Shown: piece after piece, positions 27,005-36,772 of the stretch
Numbering within the stretch: position 1 is the first letter of the stretch
Layout of the letters: every line of letters starts with the position of its first letter
Origin: Acidobacteriota bacterium
Lineage (GTDB): Bacteria > Acidobacteriota > UBA6911
NCBI GenBank assembly: GCA_963664705.1
Contig: OY761556.1
Span: forward strand, 2,848,001 to 2,912,000
Direction of reading: 5' to 3'
DNA: 64,000 bases
The notes under the pieces: generated by a model
Told to the model about the DNA's origin: nothing
Databases searched by the model: none
What the model saw: the letters and a program-made list of their open reading frames with translations, nothing else
Program-made: the position numbers and the translations under genes

Positions 27005-28402
27005 CTACCTGTTTGCCGCACGCAGAGCGCGATAGGAACCGCGAGCCCGCATGAATAGCCAGAACATCAGGGGTCCCGGCAGGGCCAGGACAATAGCCAG
27101 CGAATAGCGGATCGCCAGGGGATTGCGGAACACATAGTCATTGAGCAGACCCACCAGCATCGGTCCCAAGCCCATGCCTACCAGAGAAGAAATGGTAATG
27201 TAAAGGGCCGAGACCTGTGCGCGCGCCCGGCTGGGCACGATCAGTTGAATCGATGTGCCGGCACACGGGATCGGCATGGTACTCATCAGTACAGCCGGAG
27301 CCAGGAAAAGCAGCGCCAGTTCAACCGTCGGCATCAACATGGCCAGCGCGCCGGCGACACCGCAGCCGACGAAACTGAAGGCGGCCACCTTCAGCGGCGC
27401 ATCCAACGCGCCTCGCTGCGCGAGCCGATCGGTGAGCCAGCCGGCACAGTAGGCGCCACCAGTACCACACAACAGGAGGAGCACCCCAAAAGCGAGGCCC
27501 TGCTGCGCTTTGTTCAAGCCGTGAGTGCGCTCCAGGAACGTGGGCGTCCAGAAGGCAAGTGCATTGGCAACCAGGATGACCATGGCAAAGCCTGCGAAGA
27601 TGGGCAGCAGCGCGGCACGGCGTTGCCGCACAACATCGATAACCTCGCGGACCGACAGGGGCACCTCGCCTCCGGGTCCGCGTCGCGCCGGTTCTCGAAT
27701 GAGAAGCAGCGCCGGAACCAGCAGCATCCCCGGAAATCCAACAAGGATGAAGGCAACCTGCCATGGAGCCAGGCCGCTGAACAGGCCCGAACGCAGAAAA
27801 GTAGAAGTCGTCAGCCACTGCAGCAGGCTGCCGCCGGCAATCAGGGTCATCCCCTGGCCAAACGGAGCGCTCATCAGGAATGCGCTGATCGGTCTGCCCA
27901 GCCGCTCGGGCGGAAAATGATCGCTCAGCAGAGAAAACGATGCCGGTGTGACGCTGGCTTCACCGACGCCTACGCCGATGCGCATCAGGAACAGTTGCAG
28001 GTAACTCCGGGACAGGCCCGATGCCATGGCAAACAGGCTGAATAACCCCATACAGAGGCCCAGCACCACGCGCCGGGCAAAGCGGTCCGCCAGGCGGCCG
28101 ATTGGGATACAGGCCAGCACATAGAACACGTTGAAGGCAACGCTCTGCAATATGCTGAAGGCCGTGTCGCTCAGTCCAAACTGCGCTTTAATAGGCCCTG
28201 CCATTAGCGTGACCACAGTTCGGTCCGCCTGAGAAGCAATTGATGCAAGGGCAAGCAGTCCGGCCACAATCCAACCGCGGCTGGGGTTGGGCCAGGGTGC
28301 GGCGCCATTATCCATGGCGTACGGCGTGTTCGTTGCGATAGCATTCGTTGTTTCCCGAACCAACTGTCGGGGTGTGACGCCGGAGCCCTTTTTTTCGGTC
28401 AC
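27005..28402 (-). CDS. MFS transporter (spinster-like)
   Basis: DR motif in TM1, GRLADRFARR, RIGVGVGEAS, GWLTDR; about 12 TM helices. Confidence 0.93.
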   Translation of the reverse strand: MTEKKGSGVTPRQLVRETTNAIATNTPYAMDNGAAPWPNPSRGWIVAGLLALASIASQADRTVVTLMAGPIKAQFGLSDTAFSILQSVAFNVFYVLACIPIGRLADRFARRVVLGLCMGLFSLFAMASGLSRSYLQLFLMRIGVGVGEASVTPASFSLLSDHFPPERLGRPISAFLMSAPFGQGMTLIAGGSLLQWLTTSTFLRSGLFSGLAPWQVAFILVGFPGMLLVPALLLIREPARRGPGGEVPLSVREVIDVVRQRRAALLPIFAGFAMVILVANALAFWTPTFLERTHGLNKAQQGLAFGVLLLLCGTGGAYCAGWLTDRLAQRGALDAPLKVAAFSFVGCGVAGALAMLMPTVELALLFLAPAVLMSTMPIPCAGTSIQLIVPSRARAQVSALYITISSLVGMGLGPMLVGLLNDYVFRNPLAIRYSLAIVLALPGPLMFWLFMRARGSYRALRAANR

Positions 28403-28527
28403 TCTATTTCGCTCTGCTTCCTGCCTCCATCAAATCCTTGCCGATGGTGGCGCGTGGGGAAGAATATCTCAATAATCCGGTATTTCCTGATCAACACCTA
28501 AACTGCTGCATTGGCGTTCCCCGAAGG

Positions 28528-29121
28528 CTATTCTTTCGCCTGGCGACGAAGAATTGCAACCACTTCCTGCCCGCCAATGGATGTTTCGCCCACGCTCATC
28601 CCGACGATCTGAAACCCTGCCGAGCCGGCCTCCTTCAATTCCTTTTCCATCGTTGAGGTTTTTTTGGTAGCCAGCAGTTTGTATTCATGGCGCTGAACCG
28701 GAGCCTCTTTGTCCCGCTCCACAATCACCACAACCTCTTTGCCCCCAAATGTGGAACTGAATACGGTCTGCCCCTTGAAGAGAAAGCCCGCATCGCCAAC
28801 CTGCTGCAACTCCTTTTGCATCGTGGAAGTCCTGCTTGTTGCCAATAGCTTGTACTCATATCGCGGCTTTGGATCGGCCCCGATTTGCCGGCTCATTATT
28901 ACGACGGCTTCGGACCCTCCAAATCCGGTCTCCCCTCCCATGGCCGTCTCAAATCGGAATCCCGCGTTGGCAGCCTGGTTCAACTCTTTTTCCATGGTCG
29001 AGGTCTTGTTTGTGGCAAGAAGTCTGTAGTCCATTTCCTGCCCGTATCCAATGTTCGGAACAACAGATAAGGCCAGAATAATCGCGAAAGAACCCCAAAG
29101 ACAAATAGCTGCTCTCTTCAT
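28528..29121 (-). CDS. Secreted protein with three tandem ~58-aa repeats (DUF4177-like)
   Basis: Three copies of Y[RK]LLATxxTSTMxKELxxxxxAGF...GGxExVxIxxR. Confidence 0.85.
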   Translation of the reverse strand: MKRAAICLWGSFAIILALSVVPNIGYGQEMDYRLLATNKTSTMEKELNQAANAGFRFETAMGGETGFGGSEAVVIMSRQIGADPKPRYEYKLLATSRTSTMQKELQQVGDAGFLFKGQTVFSSTFGGKEVVVIVERDKEAPVQRHEYKLLATKKTSTMEKELKEAGSAGFQIVGMSVGETSIGGQEVVAILRRQAKE

Positions 29122-29265
29122 TCTCTCCTCCGGTCTATGCACATGCTTTAGCTATGAACAGCTTTCACCACCACTCTCGACGTCGCGATACGAGGAACTG
29201 CCCGCCTGCAACCGCTATTATCTCAAGATTCGAACGGTCTACCTACTTCTCATTTGATAATGACC

Positions 29266-29823
29266 CTATCCTTTGTGGTTTTTCTCCACCCATTCGGCAA
29301 AGGCATTTATGAATTTCCGAACGAACTCCCTGGTTGAATCACTTGCAAGATTGTCGTTCGGATCAAAAAGTTTTGTAGCTCCCCCGATATAAGCCTCGGG
29401 CTGTTGCAGGGTGGGGACATTCAGGAAAACCAAAGACTGACGAAGATGATGGTTTGCCCCAAATCCACCGACAGATCCGGGCGAGACGCTGATGACGGCG
29501 CCAGGTTTACCATCCCACACGCTCTTGCCATAAGGGCGCGACCCGATGTCGATTGCGTTTTTAAGCACGCCAGGAACCGATCGATTGTATTCGGGCGTAA
29601 CAAAAAGGAAACCGTCAACTTTTATCAATAGCTCCCGAAACTCGGTCCAGGCCAGCGGCGGATTGTCGTCGAAGTCCTGGTTATAAAGCGGCAGTCCGCC
29701 GATCTCGACGATTTCAAGTTTCAAGCTTTCCGGTGCAAGCGATATCAGGTTTTTTGCCATCTTTCGATTGAACGATTCTTTGCGAAGGCTTCCAATCAGT
29801 ACAGCAATCTTCATTTGTCTCAT
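29266..29823 (-). CDS. NAD(P)H-dependent FMN reductase (ChrR/YieF family)
   Basis: GSLRKESFN, LPLYNQD, TPEYNRSVPGVLKNAID.GSRPYG, GGFGANHHLRQ. Confidence 0.93.
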   Translation of the reverse strand: MRQMKIAVLIGSLRKESFNRKMAKNLISLAPESLKLEIVEIGGLPLYNQDFDDNPPLAWTEFRELLIKVDGFLFVTPEYNRSVPGVLKNAIDIGSRPYGKSVWDGKPGAVISVSPGSVGGFGANHHLRQSLVFLNVPTLQQPEAYIGGATKLFDPNDNLASDSTREFVRKFINAFAEWVEKNHKG

Positions 29824-30107
29824 ATGTTTTCCTCTCCGATGGTCTCGAACAAAAGAAAGGTCCATCACCCATAAATTTAGCAGTCAATTCAACCGGGAAT
29901 CAGGGGTAATCTGCTGGAGCTGCGCCGCAGGTTGAGAAGTAAAGATCTTGCATACCGTGATATAGTAGCTTCCGCAATCAACATCGAAAACTCGGATTAG
30001 TTCATGGACAGCCATGGATTGAGCAGATTGCATGAAGCGGCTTTTTTTGAGAACTGCTCAATCTGCAACTGACTTTTTCTTAACCTTCTTTTGAGGAGAA
30101 TTGCAGG

Positions 30108-31043
30108 ATGAAACGAATTGCACTGTGCCTTTTGGCTCTTGGAATGATGGCCTGCGGCAGTCTCGTATCGGCACACGCGCAGTCAGGCTGCACGCGCGAT
30201 GGCCTTAAGGGAATTATTGGGCAATATTTTACTGCGCTCGAGGCGCACAACCCGAAGAGTCTTCCGCTCGCGGCCAAGGTGAAATTTACGGAAAATGGCG
30301 TTGAGATGCCCGTAGGAGATGGTTTTTGGAAAACCGCGGGCAAAACTCTGCTCAAACGCGATCTCCTTGACACCAATAAATGCAGCACGCATTCCAATGT
30401 CGTGATTGAGGAGAAATACACGGCTCCCAAAACGGCCGCGCCGGCCCCCAAGTCGCCCTTTGCCAGCCTGTCGGCAAAACCGCCTGCGGATGGCACCATT
30501 CGGCCCATTCTCTACGGCGTCCGTCTCAAAGTTGAAAATCAGCAGATTACCGAGATTGAATCGTTTGTTGCCCGTGAAACCGAATTTGCTTTCAATGCAG
30601 CAAACGTGCTGGAGACCAAGGACCAGGATTGGGAAAGCATCATCCCCGTGGAACAGCGAAGCAGCCGGCTGGCAATGATAGCCGCTGCGGATGATTATTA
30701 TGATATGTTCGCGGAAAATCCCAAGGTGCACACACCGTTCGCCGCTGTTTGTGATCGCTGGGAGAACGGCTTTCAGACAACCAAAGGCGGAGGAACCATG
30801 GGCGGCGTCAAAATGACGGCGCACGACTGCTCCCCGAAGGGACTGGTAATCACGAACCATGGCCCGCGGCGTTTCCTGGTGGATTTGGAAGCAGGAACGG
30901 TTGTTGCCTACGTGCACTTTACGGGCAGTTTGCCGGACTTCCATATGTTCCGGATGAGAAATGGCAAAGTTGACTTGATTCAGGCGGTCATCGGTGCCAG
31001 TGCCAAATCCATGGGCTGGCCGAACGAACCAGCCTGCAAATAA
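30108..31043 (+). CDS. Secreted protein of unknown function with two NTF2/SnoaL-like halves
   Basis: Signal peptide (AHA/Q); CTR...Y..ALEAH.P...KFTENG; RLKV...ITEIE; C.RWENG; FRMRNGK...IQA. Confidence 0.8.
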   Translation: MKRIALCLLALGMMACGSLVSAHAQSGCTRDGLKGIIGQYFTALEAHNPKSLPLAAKVKFTENGVEMPVGDGFWKTAGKTLLKRDLLDTNKCSTHSNVVIEEKYTAPKTAAPAPKSPFASLSAKPPADGTIRPILYGVRLKVENQQITEIESFVARETEFAFNAANVLETKDQDWESIIPVEQRSSRLAMIAAADDYYDMFAENPKVHTPFAAVCDRWENGFQTTKGGGTMGGVKMTAHDCSPKGLVITNHGPRRFLVDLEAGTVVAYVHFTGSLPDFHMFRMRNGKVDLIQAVIGASAKSMGWPNEPACK

Positions 31044-31066
31044 ATTGTTATTGAACTGATTTGCCC

Positions 31067-31114
31067 ACGACAAAAAAGCCCTGAAGGAAGTATCCTTCAG
31101 GGCTTTTTTGTCGT
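31067..31114. terminator. Bidirectional Rho-independent terminator
   Basis: acgacaaaaaagccctgaagga-agta-tccttcagggcttttttgtcgt, perfect 22-bp inverted repeat with A and T tracts. Confidence 0.9.
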
Positions 31115-31182
31115 TGTTCAGAGATTATTGTGCGGCAATCCGGTACGACTTGAACGAGAGGTTTCCCGATACAAACCCTCGT

Positions 31183-31581
31183 TCACAGGACAGCGGTGGC
31201 TTCAATCTCGACCAGGATGTCGGGGTGAAACAGCGCGGCCACGCCAAGCAATGTGGAGGCCGGCTGGCAGCCAGCCGCATGCAGGCGCTGGCCAAGTACG
31301 GCAGATGCCTGGGCAAATGCCGCTATATCCCGAGTGTAGTAATTCAGACGGACCACATTTGCGAATGTTAGGCCCGCGTGACTCAGAACCGTCTCCAGGT
31401 TATTCAAAGCCTGATTCAGCTGCGCGGCCATATCGCCGGCATGCATGGGATTACCATCCGCATCCACCGATGTTTGGCCGGCGAAATACACCGTGCGGCT
31501 TGCCCCGCGTACGTCCATCGCTTGTGAGAATCCGAATTGGTCCTGCCATTTCCAGGGATTGATCGTTTTTGTCTCTACCAT
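31183..31581 (-). CDS. RidA/YjgF family protein
   Basis: GFSQA, YFAGQT, Q..QALNNL..VL..AG, PASTLLGVAAL..P..LVEIEATA. Confidence 0.92.
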   Translation of the reverse strand: MVETKTINPWKWQDQFGFSQAMDVRGASRTVYFAGQTSVDADGNPMHAGDMAAQLNQALNNLETVLSHAGLTFANVVRLNYYTRDIAAFAQASAVLGQRLHAAGCQPASTLLGVAALFHPDILVEIEATAVL

Positions 31582-31774
31582 AACATCTCCACGAAAATTC
31601 TCGGGTACCCGGAGTATTCCTATAAGGTTTTAGTTCTATTTGTTTATCTCCGCGTTTCGAGGCCAACATGCCACCGCCGCATGCAAGTCCGGCCAGGAGC
31701 GCCGGCGTCTCGCCCAATGCTGCATACTATTTGTCGAGCGCGAAGTCCTTCGAAATCCGGCGGTCCAGTGGTAC

Positions 31775-34138
31775 TTATCCTTTGCCCAGGGCTTGCAGAA
31801 CCCTATCCGGCGTTGCCGGCGATTCCACCCACTTGCCGATCGCATTGTGAATCGCCATGATGACCAGATGCGTATTGGCCAGAGAATGGCTGATGCCGTT
31901 TGAACCATAGCACGCATTGCCGGCTCTGGTCTCCAGCAATTCCAAATCCACCTTCGGCATATCCAGCATGCTGACCTTCTTATAATCAAACATATTGGTG
32001 CTGAGCTTCAGACCGGTCTTCTGATCATAGACAAATTCTTCCTGAAGCTGGCATCCGGCAGTGAAATCCATGGCCTGGTCGATCTGGCTCTCCAGCGATG
32101 TCCGCCGCAGAATTTTCCCGGGATCCGCAACGACTCCAAACCGAAGGATTTCCACCTCACCCGTCTCCGGATCAACCGCAACCTCGCATGTGGCGACGTT
32201 CATGGTGTCCAGAGCCTTGCCTCGTTGATTCCACAGTGCCAATGGGGGCCTTCCCGAGAATGTGGCGAACAAATTGGATCGAACCGCCTGAGCGAGCGGG
32301 ACCGCCTTGCCGGGATCGCTCTTGGCGATAACCTTGCCACCCTGCAGGTCCAGGTCTTCCGGCTTCATTCCCCTGAACGGGCTGGGAGCCTGCTTGGCAC
32401 CGCCTCCCATGCTGATTCCACCTGTTGCCGGCGGCGTGTTCGCTTCCTCGATCACAGTCTCAAGGATCACTTTCTTGAGCTTGTTCGCGCACTCCTTGAT
32501 GGCCCAGGAAGACGCTGTCGATCCGTCGCTGCCGCCTCCATAAGGCCGGTATATTTCGTGGGAATCCAGATCAATGCGAATGTCTTTGTACTCGAGTCCC
32601 AGTTCTTCGGCGATGACCATCGCGTTGCATTCCAATCCATAGTGACCAATGGTGGGGCCCTGGGTAGCCAGATGCACAACGCCGTTGCGAAGCTCAAGCT
32701 TGGTGTTGTACATCATACCGGAATGGCGCGGGCACTGGTTATATCTGAAGCTGGCTCCGTGCAGACGACCGTCCGGCAATTTCCTGGCGCCGGCAGGATG
32801 CCAGTTCCAGCGCATCATTTTCTTTACCGCTTCCACGCAGGCTTCGTAGCTGGGCACAGGCTTGGAGTCGGTCTGGGATTCCGGCCCATGGAGATTCAGC
32901 GTTGCGATCTCTATCGGATCCTTGCCCAGCTTTTCCGCAATCAGATATATCCCCACCATCAGGGAATCCCATGTCATGGGATTATGCTGCCCACTGAGGT
33001 ACATCTTCCCGCGGTTGCTGTCCACGATATCCATATTCTGCCGGACGTTCTGGCACCTGGTGGTGAAATAGGGACCATACGTCTGATCCATGGTATTGCC
33101 GAAACGGGAGCTGCCCCGGACGCCGGAATCCGCAATGGTAAAGTCGTCGATAGCGGTAATCAGGCCATTGCGCTTGAACCCTATCTTCAAATGAACATAG
33201 CGCTGGTTCAGGTTGAAGTCATACATTTCGTAACGATTGTTGACGCAACGGACGGGGCGACCGGTTCTCTTGGCCAGCAACGGTGTGATCAGCTGCGTTT
33301 TGCGATTTCCCCAATCGCAATATCTGCCGCCCAGGAACATGCCTTGCCTGAAAATCTTTGCGGTGGGTATGTGGTACATGTCCGCAATCGAATCTTCCGT
33401 CCAGGCTGGAATGCCCTCGACGCGCAGATTCTTGCCTTCACCGTGATTTGCGTCATCAAACCACCAGGCGATGGAGCCGGTCGGATTGGGTATGTGGCCT
33501 GCAAAAGCGGCAGTGTTGACGTCATATTCGATGATATGGTCTGCCTCGCGGAATCCGACCTCAATATCCCCATCGAGGATATTGGAATAGGAGACATTTC
33601 CCTTCTTGGGGGGATTTCCGCCGCCGGTTTTAGGGCTGCCGCCCTTGCCAATGGTAACCGGACGGATCACCGGCGCATTCGACTCCCTCCCTTTGCGGAG
33701 GTCCACGACATGAGGCAGAACTTCCCACTCAATATCAAGCGCGCGCAGACCGGCTTCGCAGATATCTTCATTTTCGGCTACGACAATGACGCCGACTTCG
33801 GCCCCTTCCTGATCCGCGATATTGTCCAGAAACGCCTGCGGGGGACCTCCCATGAATCCAGCCCCCTCGCTCAGATTTTTCATATCTTCGTCTTCCCAGG
33901 TAATGATGTCGACGACTCCGGGAATTGCCTTGGCTTTCGTGGTGTTGACCGACTTGATGGAAGCGTTTGCATACGGACTTCTGAGGAACTTGGCCTCAAG
34001 CATGTTGGGCACGACATAGTCGATGCCGAATTTTGCAACACCTGTTGCCTGGGACCATGACAATACGCCTGGAAGATTTGGTTTCCCGACGACTCTGAAA
34101 TCTTTCCTGGTTCCGTTCACTCCTGCCAAATCTGCCAT
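31775..34138 (-). CDS. Xanthine dehydrogenase family molybdopterin-binding subunit
   Basis: VVGK...ATG.AKF..D, LRSPYANA.I, LAKRTGRPVR, IAEELG, EVAVDPETGEV, DPG.I, ESQI, PATPDRVL. Confidence 0.9.
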   Translation of the reverse strand: MADLAGVNGTRKDFRVVGKPNLPGVLSWSQATGVAKFGIDYVVPNMLEAKFLRSPYANASIKSVNTTKAKAIPGVVDIITWEDEDMKNLSEGAGFMGGPPQAFLDNIADQEGAEVGVIVVAENEDICEAGLRALDIEWEVLPHVVDLRKGRESNAPVIRPVTIGKGGSPKTGGGNPPKKGNVSYSNILDGDIEVGFREADHIIEYDVNTAAFAGHIPNPTGSIAWWFDDANHGEGKNLRVEGIPAWTEDSIADMYHIPTAKIFRQGMFLGGRYCDWGNRKTQLITPLLAKRTGRPVRCVNNRYEMYDFNLNQRYVHLKIGFKRNGLITAIDDFTIADSGVRGSSRFGNTMDQTYGPYFTTRCQNVRQNMDIVDSNRGKMYLSGQHNPMTWDSLMVGIYLIAEKLGKDPIEIATLNLHGPESQTDSKPVPSYEACVEAVKKMMRWNWHPAGARKLPDGRLHGASFRYNQCPRHSGMMYNTKLELRNGVVHLATQGPTIGHYGLECNAMVIAEELGLEYKDIRIDLDSHEIYRPYGGGSDGSTASSWAIKECANKLKKVILETVIEEANTPPATGGISMGGGAKQAPSPFRGMKPEDLDLQGGKVIAKSDPGKAVPLAQAVRSNLFATFSGRPPLALWNQRGKALDTMNVATCEVAVDPETGEVEILRFGVVADPGKILRRTSLESQIDQAMDFTAGCQLQEEFVYDQKTGLKLSTNMFDYKKVSMLDMPKVDLELLETRAGNACYGSNGISHSLANTHLVIMAIHNAIGKWVESPATPDRVLQALGKG

Positions 34139-34303
34139 AATATGCACTCCCTATCATTTTTCCTGGGAAGGTTTGCTGAGTTGTTACATTGCCGGATATC
34201 GAACTGTCATCCGGATTCATTTTAGAGCAGTTCCCCTCTGGAAAGAAAGCAATCAAGAGGCCACGAATTTTGACGATTACACGAAAGAGCCTGTTTGGGT
34301 TCA

Positions 34304-34328
34304 CTGGGAGCGTCGGCATCTCGCCGAC
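34304..34328 (+). repeat. REP-like hairpin with a TGGGAGCG head
   Basis: ctgggagc-gtcggc-atctc-gccgac; related copies at 24551, 31694, 19105 (minus), 24867 (minus). Confidence 0.55.
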
Positions 34329-34373
34329 AACAGCGCAGCCGCCTCATCCTGGACCAAACCGAAGTCCGAGCTC

Positions 34374-35081
34374 TTAGGCTCGGCCGCAGCATTTTTTATA
34401 TTTTTTCCCACTGCCGCAGGGACAAGGGTCATTCCGGCCGACCTGAGGCTCTGCCCGGCGAAAAGTCTCTATTTTCTCGGGCATGAACCCCTGGCTCCCT
34501 TCCATCATTTCGGCAGGAGTCTTGCCGTCAAACGCATCCCTTGGGGTCGATTGCCATTCCTTCTGCAATTTCCGTACACGGGGATCGTTCATCATCCGCT
34601 CATCCGGCTGAATCCCTCGCTCCTGGCAGAAGAGAATAAAGTCGGCCATGGTTTTGCCCTGAGTCGATTCCATCAAATTCTGCAATTGCTTCATGTCCAG
34701 TCCGGGAGGAAGCTTGACACCAGGAGGCAGCATGCCGGCGATTTGCGACAGGTCCAGTTGAGACAGGTCCGACTGGTCAGCGAATGGTTCGACGGCTTCA
34801 GCCTCTCCGCCTGCAGCTGCTTCGGATTCGGCAACTGTCCCGGGGACAATGATCTGCCTGATACCCGTCAGGAGCGCCGTCGCTTCATCAACATTGACTG
34901 CCGGGCTGTTTCCTTTCAGTTGTTCGACAATCCAGTCAATACTTTCTCCCTCTTCGAGGAGTTGGAGAAGGTCGTCTCCTCCAAATTGGGTGATGGAAGA
35001 CTTTTCAATGAACTCATTCAGCCTTGATTTCAATGCATCCAGGTCGTTTTCTTTCGATACCGGCGATTCGTTCGGGCTCAT
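34374..35081 (-). CDS. SEC-C motif-containing protein
   Basis: W..TP....DGKTP.EM; C-terminal [19 protein letters not shown]. Confidence 0.88.
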   Translation of the reverse strand: MSPNESPVSKENDLDALKSRLNEFIEKSSITQFGGDDLLQLLEEGESIDWIVEQLKGNSPAVNVDEATALLTGIRQIIVPGTVAESEAAAGGEAEAVEPFADQSDLSQLDLSQIAGMLPPGVKLPPGLDMKQLQNLMESTQGKTMADFILFCQERGIQPDERMMNDPRVRKLQKEWQSTPRDAFDGKTPAEMMEGSQGFMPEKIETFRRAEPQVGRNDPCPCGSGKKYKKCCGRA

Positions 35082-35244
35082 TCGCATTCCCTCAGTTCTA
35101 AAATAATTGTTCGGACAATCTGAATATTGTATCGGAATGGGAAGGCCCCGGGCTAAAATTTCGCATACAGGGTCACTTTCCATTTGCAGCGGCGACCTGC
35201 CTTAGAGGAGAACCAACAAAATTATACGAAAAGGAGACACTACC

Positions 35245-36714
35245 ATGTGCCAGTGGAATGATCGGGACTCTCATGTGGGCAGGCGCGATTTCATAAAAGC
35301 AACCGCCCTGGCAAGTGTGGCTGCGGGCATTCCGACAACGGGATTTGCCAATCAGGATAAAATAAATCCGGCCGCATCGAGGATTGAACGAAGCAGAAAA
35401 AAGCTGCTCTACATCAGCGACGGGCAATCGGTGCACCAGCCATTGATGGACTCGATCAAGTCTATTCCGGAAACCGATCTCGACTTTACCCACATCAAAG
35501 CCAATTTTCAAAAATCGCAAGAGGTTATCCAGGCCATCCACAGCCAAGATGCGGATATTCTGCTCCTCTGCCTGCCGCGCATGACTTTCAGTTTTGGAAG
35601 TCTCTATGATTCGATGGGCGACTTGAACATTCCCATCATTGTTCTTTCATCGAATCCTGAATTGATCTTGATTGATGCAAATCTGGTGGCATCGCTCCGA
35701 GCCAATGGCGCGAATGTTACCTTTGCCCTTTCCGACGCGCAGGCTCTGGAAACGGTCAAGATTGCGCTATCTCCGAGAATTCTCGAAGGCAAACGAGCGC
35801 TCCTTTTCGGCAGACCCTTCGATTCCACGACGGTTCCGGCTCGCAATCTTACCGAGGATTATGTTTACCGACATACCGGAGTTCGAATCGCTTATCGGTC
35901 AATGGAGGAATTGACCGAGCTTTTTAGGGCAACCGATGAAACCGGCGCCCGAAGCGAAATGGAGCGATGGAAAAAAGAAGCGGTCGAGGTCATTCGTGTT
36001 TCAGACAAAGCCATTCTCGACGCATCCAGGCTGTACATGCTGCTGCGCGCCATCATAGAAAAGGAAAAGCTTTCTGCCGTTGCGATTGATTGCCTGGGCT
36101 TCACCATGCTGCCGAATCCGGTACTGCCCTATCCATGCCTTGCCTTTGCAAGATTAAGAGATGAAGGCATTACCGCCGCCTGCGAGTCGGATTTGTGCGG
36201 CCTTCTATCTTCCATGTTTCTGCAGGAGATTAGCCGGCGGCCCTCGTTTATGTGCAATGTCATGGCGGTGGACATGAAAAAGTCCAGTCTTGTCCTGAGC
36301 CATTGCGTGGCACCGCTGAGGCTGAATGGCTCCAGCGCGCCGGCAATGAAGTACCGTCTTCATGACTATCACAATTTTGGCAAAGGGGTTGTGCCCGAGG
36401 TCGAGTTTCCGATAGGAGCGGAGGTAACCACCGGTGAGTTCAGCAAGGATTTGAAAAGCTTTTCGTTTTGGCCTGGACGTATTCAATCCCAGGTGAAAAA
36501 CACGGATCATGCCGCACCCAAAGGCACCTTGCTCAACGCCTGTGCCAACACGATGGACGTGAGGGTCCGAGATGTGGACCGGTTCCTTCAAAATATTGCA
36601 GGAATCCACCACGTCATGATCACCGGCAACCATACGAAGTCGATCGAAAAAGCCCTGACGCGAATGAATGTCCGCCTAGTCGGACCATCTGACTTTTCAG
36701 CGGTGGAGGTTTAG
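35245..36714 (+). CDS. L-fucose/L-arabinose isomerase-like protein with a Tat signal
   Basis: GRRDFIK; AVAIDCL, PCLAF..L.DEG..AACESD, LSHC.AP, C.N, HHVM..G. Confidence 0.8.
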   Translation: MCQWNDRDSHVGRRDFIKATALASVAAGIPTTGFANQDKINPAASRIERSRKKLLYISDGQSVHQPLMDSIKSIPETDLDFTHIKANFQKSQEVIQAIHSQDADILLLCLPRMTFSFGSLYDSMGDLNIPIIVLSSNPELILIDANLVASLRANGANVTFALSDAQALETVKIALSPRILEGKRALLFGRPFDSTTVPARNLTEDYVYRHTGVRIAYRSMEELTELFRATDETGARSEMERWKKEAVEVIRVSDKAILDASRLYMLLRAIIEKEKLSAVAIDCLGFTMLPNPVLPYPCLAFARLRDEGITAACESDLCGLLSSMFLQEISRRPSFMCNVMAVDMKKSSLVLSHCVAPLRLNGSSAPAMKYRLHDYHNFGKGVVPEVEFPIGAEVTTGEFSKDLKSFSFWPGRIQSQVKNTDHAAPKGTLLNACANTMDVRVRDVDRFLQNIAGIHHVMITGNHTKSIEKALTRMNVRLVGPSDFSAVEV

Positions 36715-36772
36715 AAAAGCCACGGATTAGCATTGAACCGAACAACCGGCACCAAGGAAATCGGAGCTGGCC

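Noticed and set aside
32225-34060. 611-aa plus-strand ORF, and similar long ORFs at 4589-5587, 30183-31073, 34023-35027 and 27245-28045
   Set aside because: Antisense shadows of well-supported genes in GC-rich DNA; no recognisable motifs
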